This document shows positions 28,363 through 28,407 of a DNA stretch of 28,407 nt, piece by piece; the stretch's first letter is position 1; the number at the start of each line of letters is the position of its first letter. A program made the position numbers and the translations under genes. The notes beneath the pieces were generated by a model. The model made no database searches. It was given only the letters and a program-made list of their open reading frames with translations, and was not told the origin of the DNA. Source of the stretch: Candidatus Profundicultor aquiphilus (GTDB lineage Bacteria; Atribacterota; Atribacteria; Atribacterales; Caldatribacteriaceae); the NCBI GenBank assembly GCA_013314795.1, contig JABUEZ010000001.1, forward strand, positions 1 through 28,407, read 5' to 3'.

Positions 28363-28385
28363 GGGGGGGAGACATCCTCCCCCCC
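28363..28385. terminator. G/C-rich hairpin upstream of the permease (probably intercistronic)
   Basis: GGGGGGGAG-acatc-CTCCCCCCC. The upstream gene is outside the window and presumed to be the binding protein. Confidence 0.45.
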
Positions 28386-28407
28386 TTCATTCTTTACAGA
28401 AAATTGA

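Overview
Bacterial chromosomal window, about 50% GC, with GGAGG-type ribosome-binding sites (RBS) and frequent GTG/TTG starts. The gene set (IorAB, TrpB2, Hrb) suggests an anaerobe; a thermophilic Atribacterota-like host is only a guess. Left to right: (i) a c-di-GMP signalling locus on the minus strand, cheR (frameshifted) > Cache/GAF histidine kinase whose C-terminal REC domain is broken by frameshifts > single-domain response regulator > REC-HD-GYP phosphodiesterase, then a near-consensus sigma28-type promoter, a c-di-GMP-I (GEMM) riboswitch and a C39-like peptidase lipoprotein gene that runs off the window; the riboswitch and this gene are absent from the ORF track; (ii) a secreted hypothetical protein with an acidic repeat tail, and a cupin-SDR pair; (iii) a carbohydrate ABC transporter; (iv) iorA-iorB, two OFA-family MFS transporters and a GHL10/CBM9 protein; (v) a candidate ~100-nt sRNA with a consensus promoter and strong terminator, whose anti-SD segment is complementary to the translation start of the sugar-binding protein gene 6.8 kb away; (vi) a secreted protein with three divergent repeats; (vii) class II photolyase and YbgA/RudS; (viii) a putative Trp/Tyr ABC transporter (permease apparently starting at ATT), trpB2, an FGGY kinase and hrb. 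No rRNA, tRNA, CRISPR array or mobile element was recognised. All calls were made by eye, without database searches.
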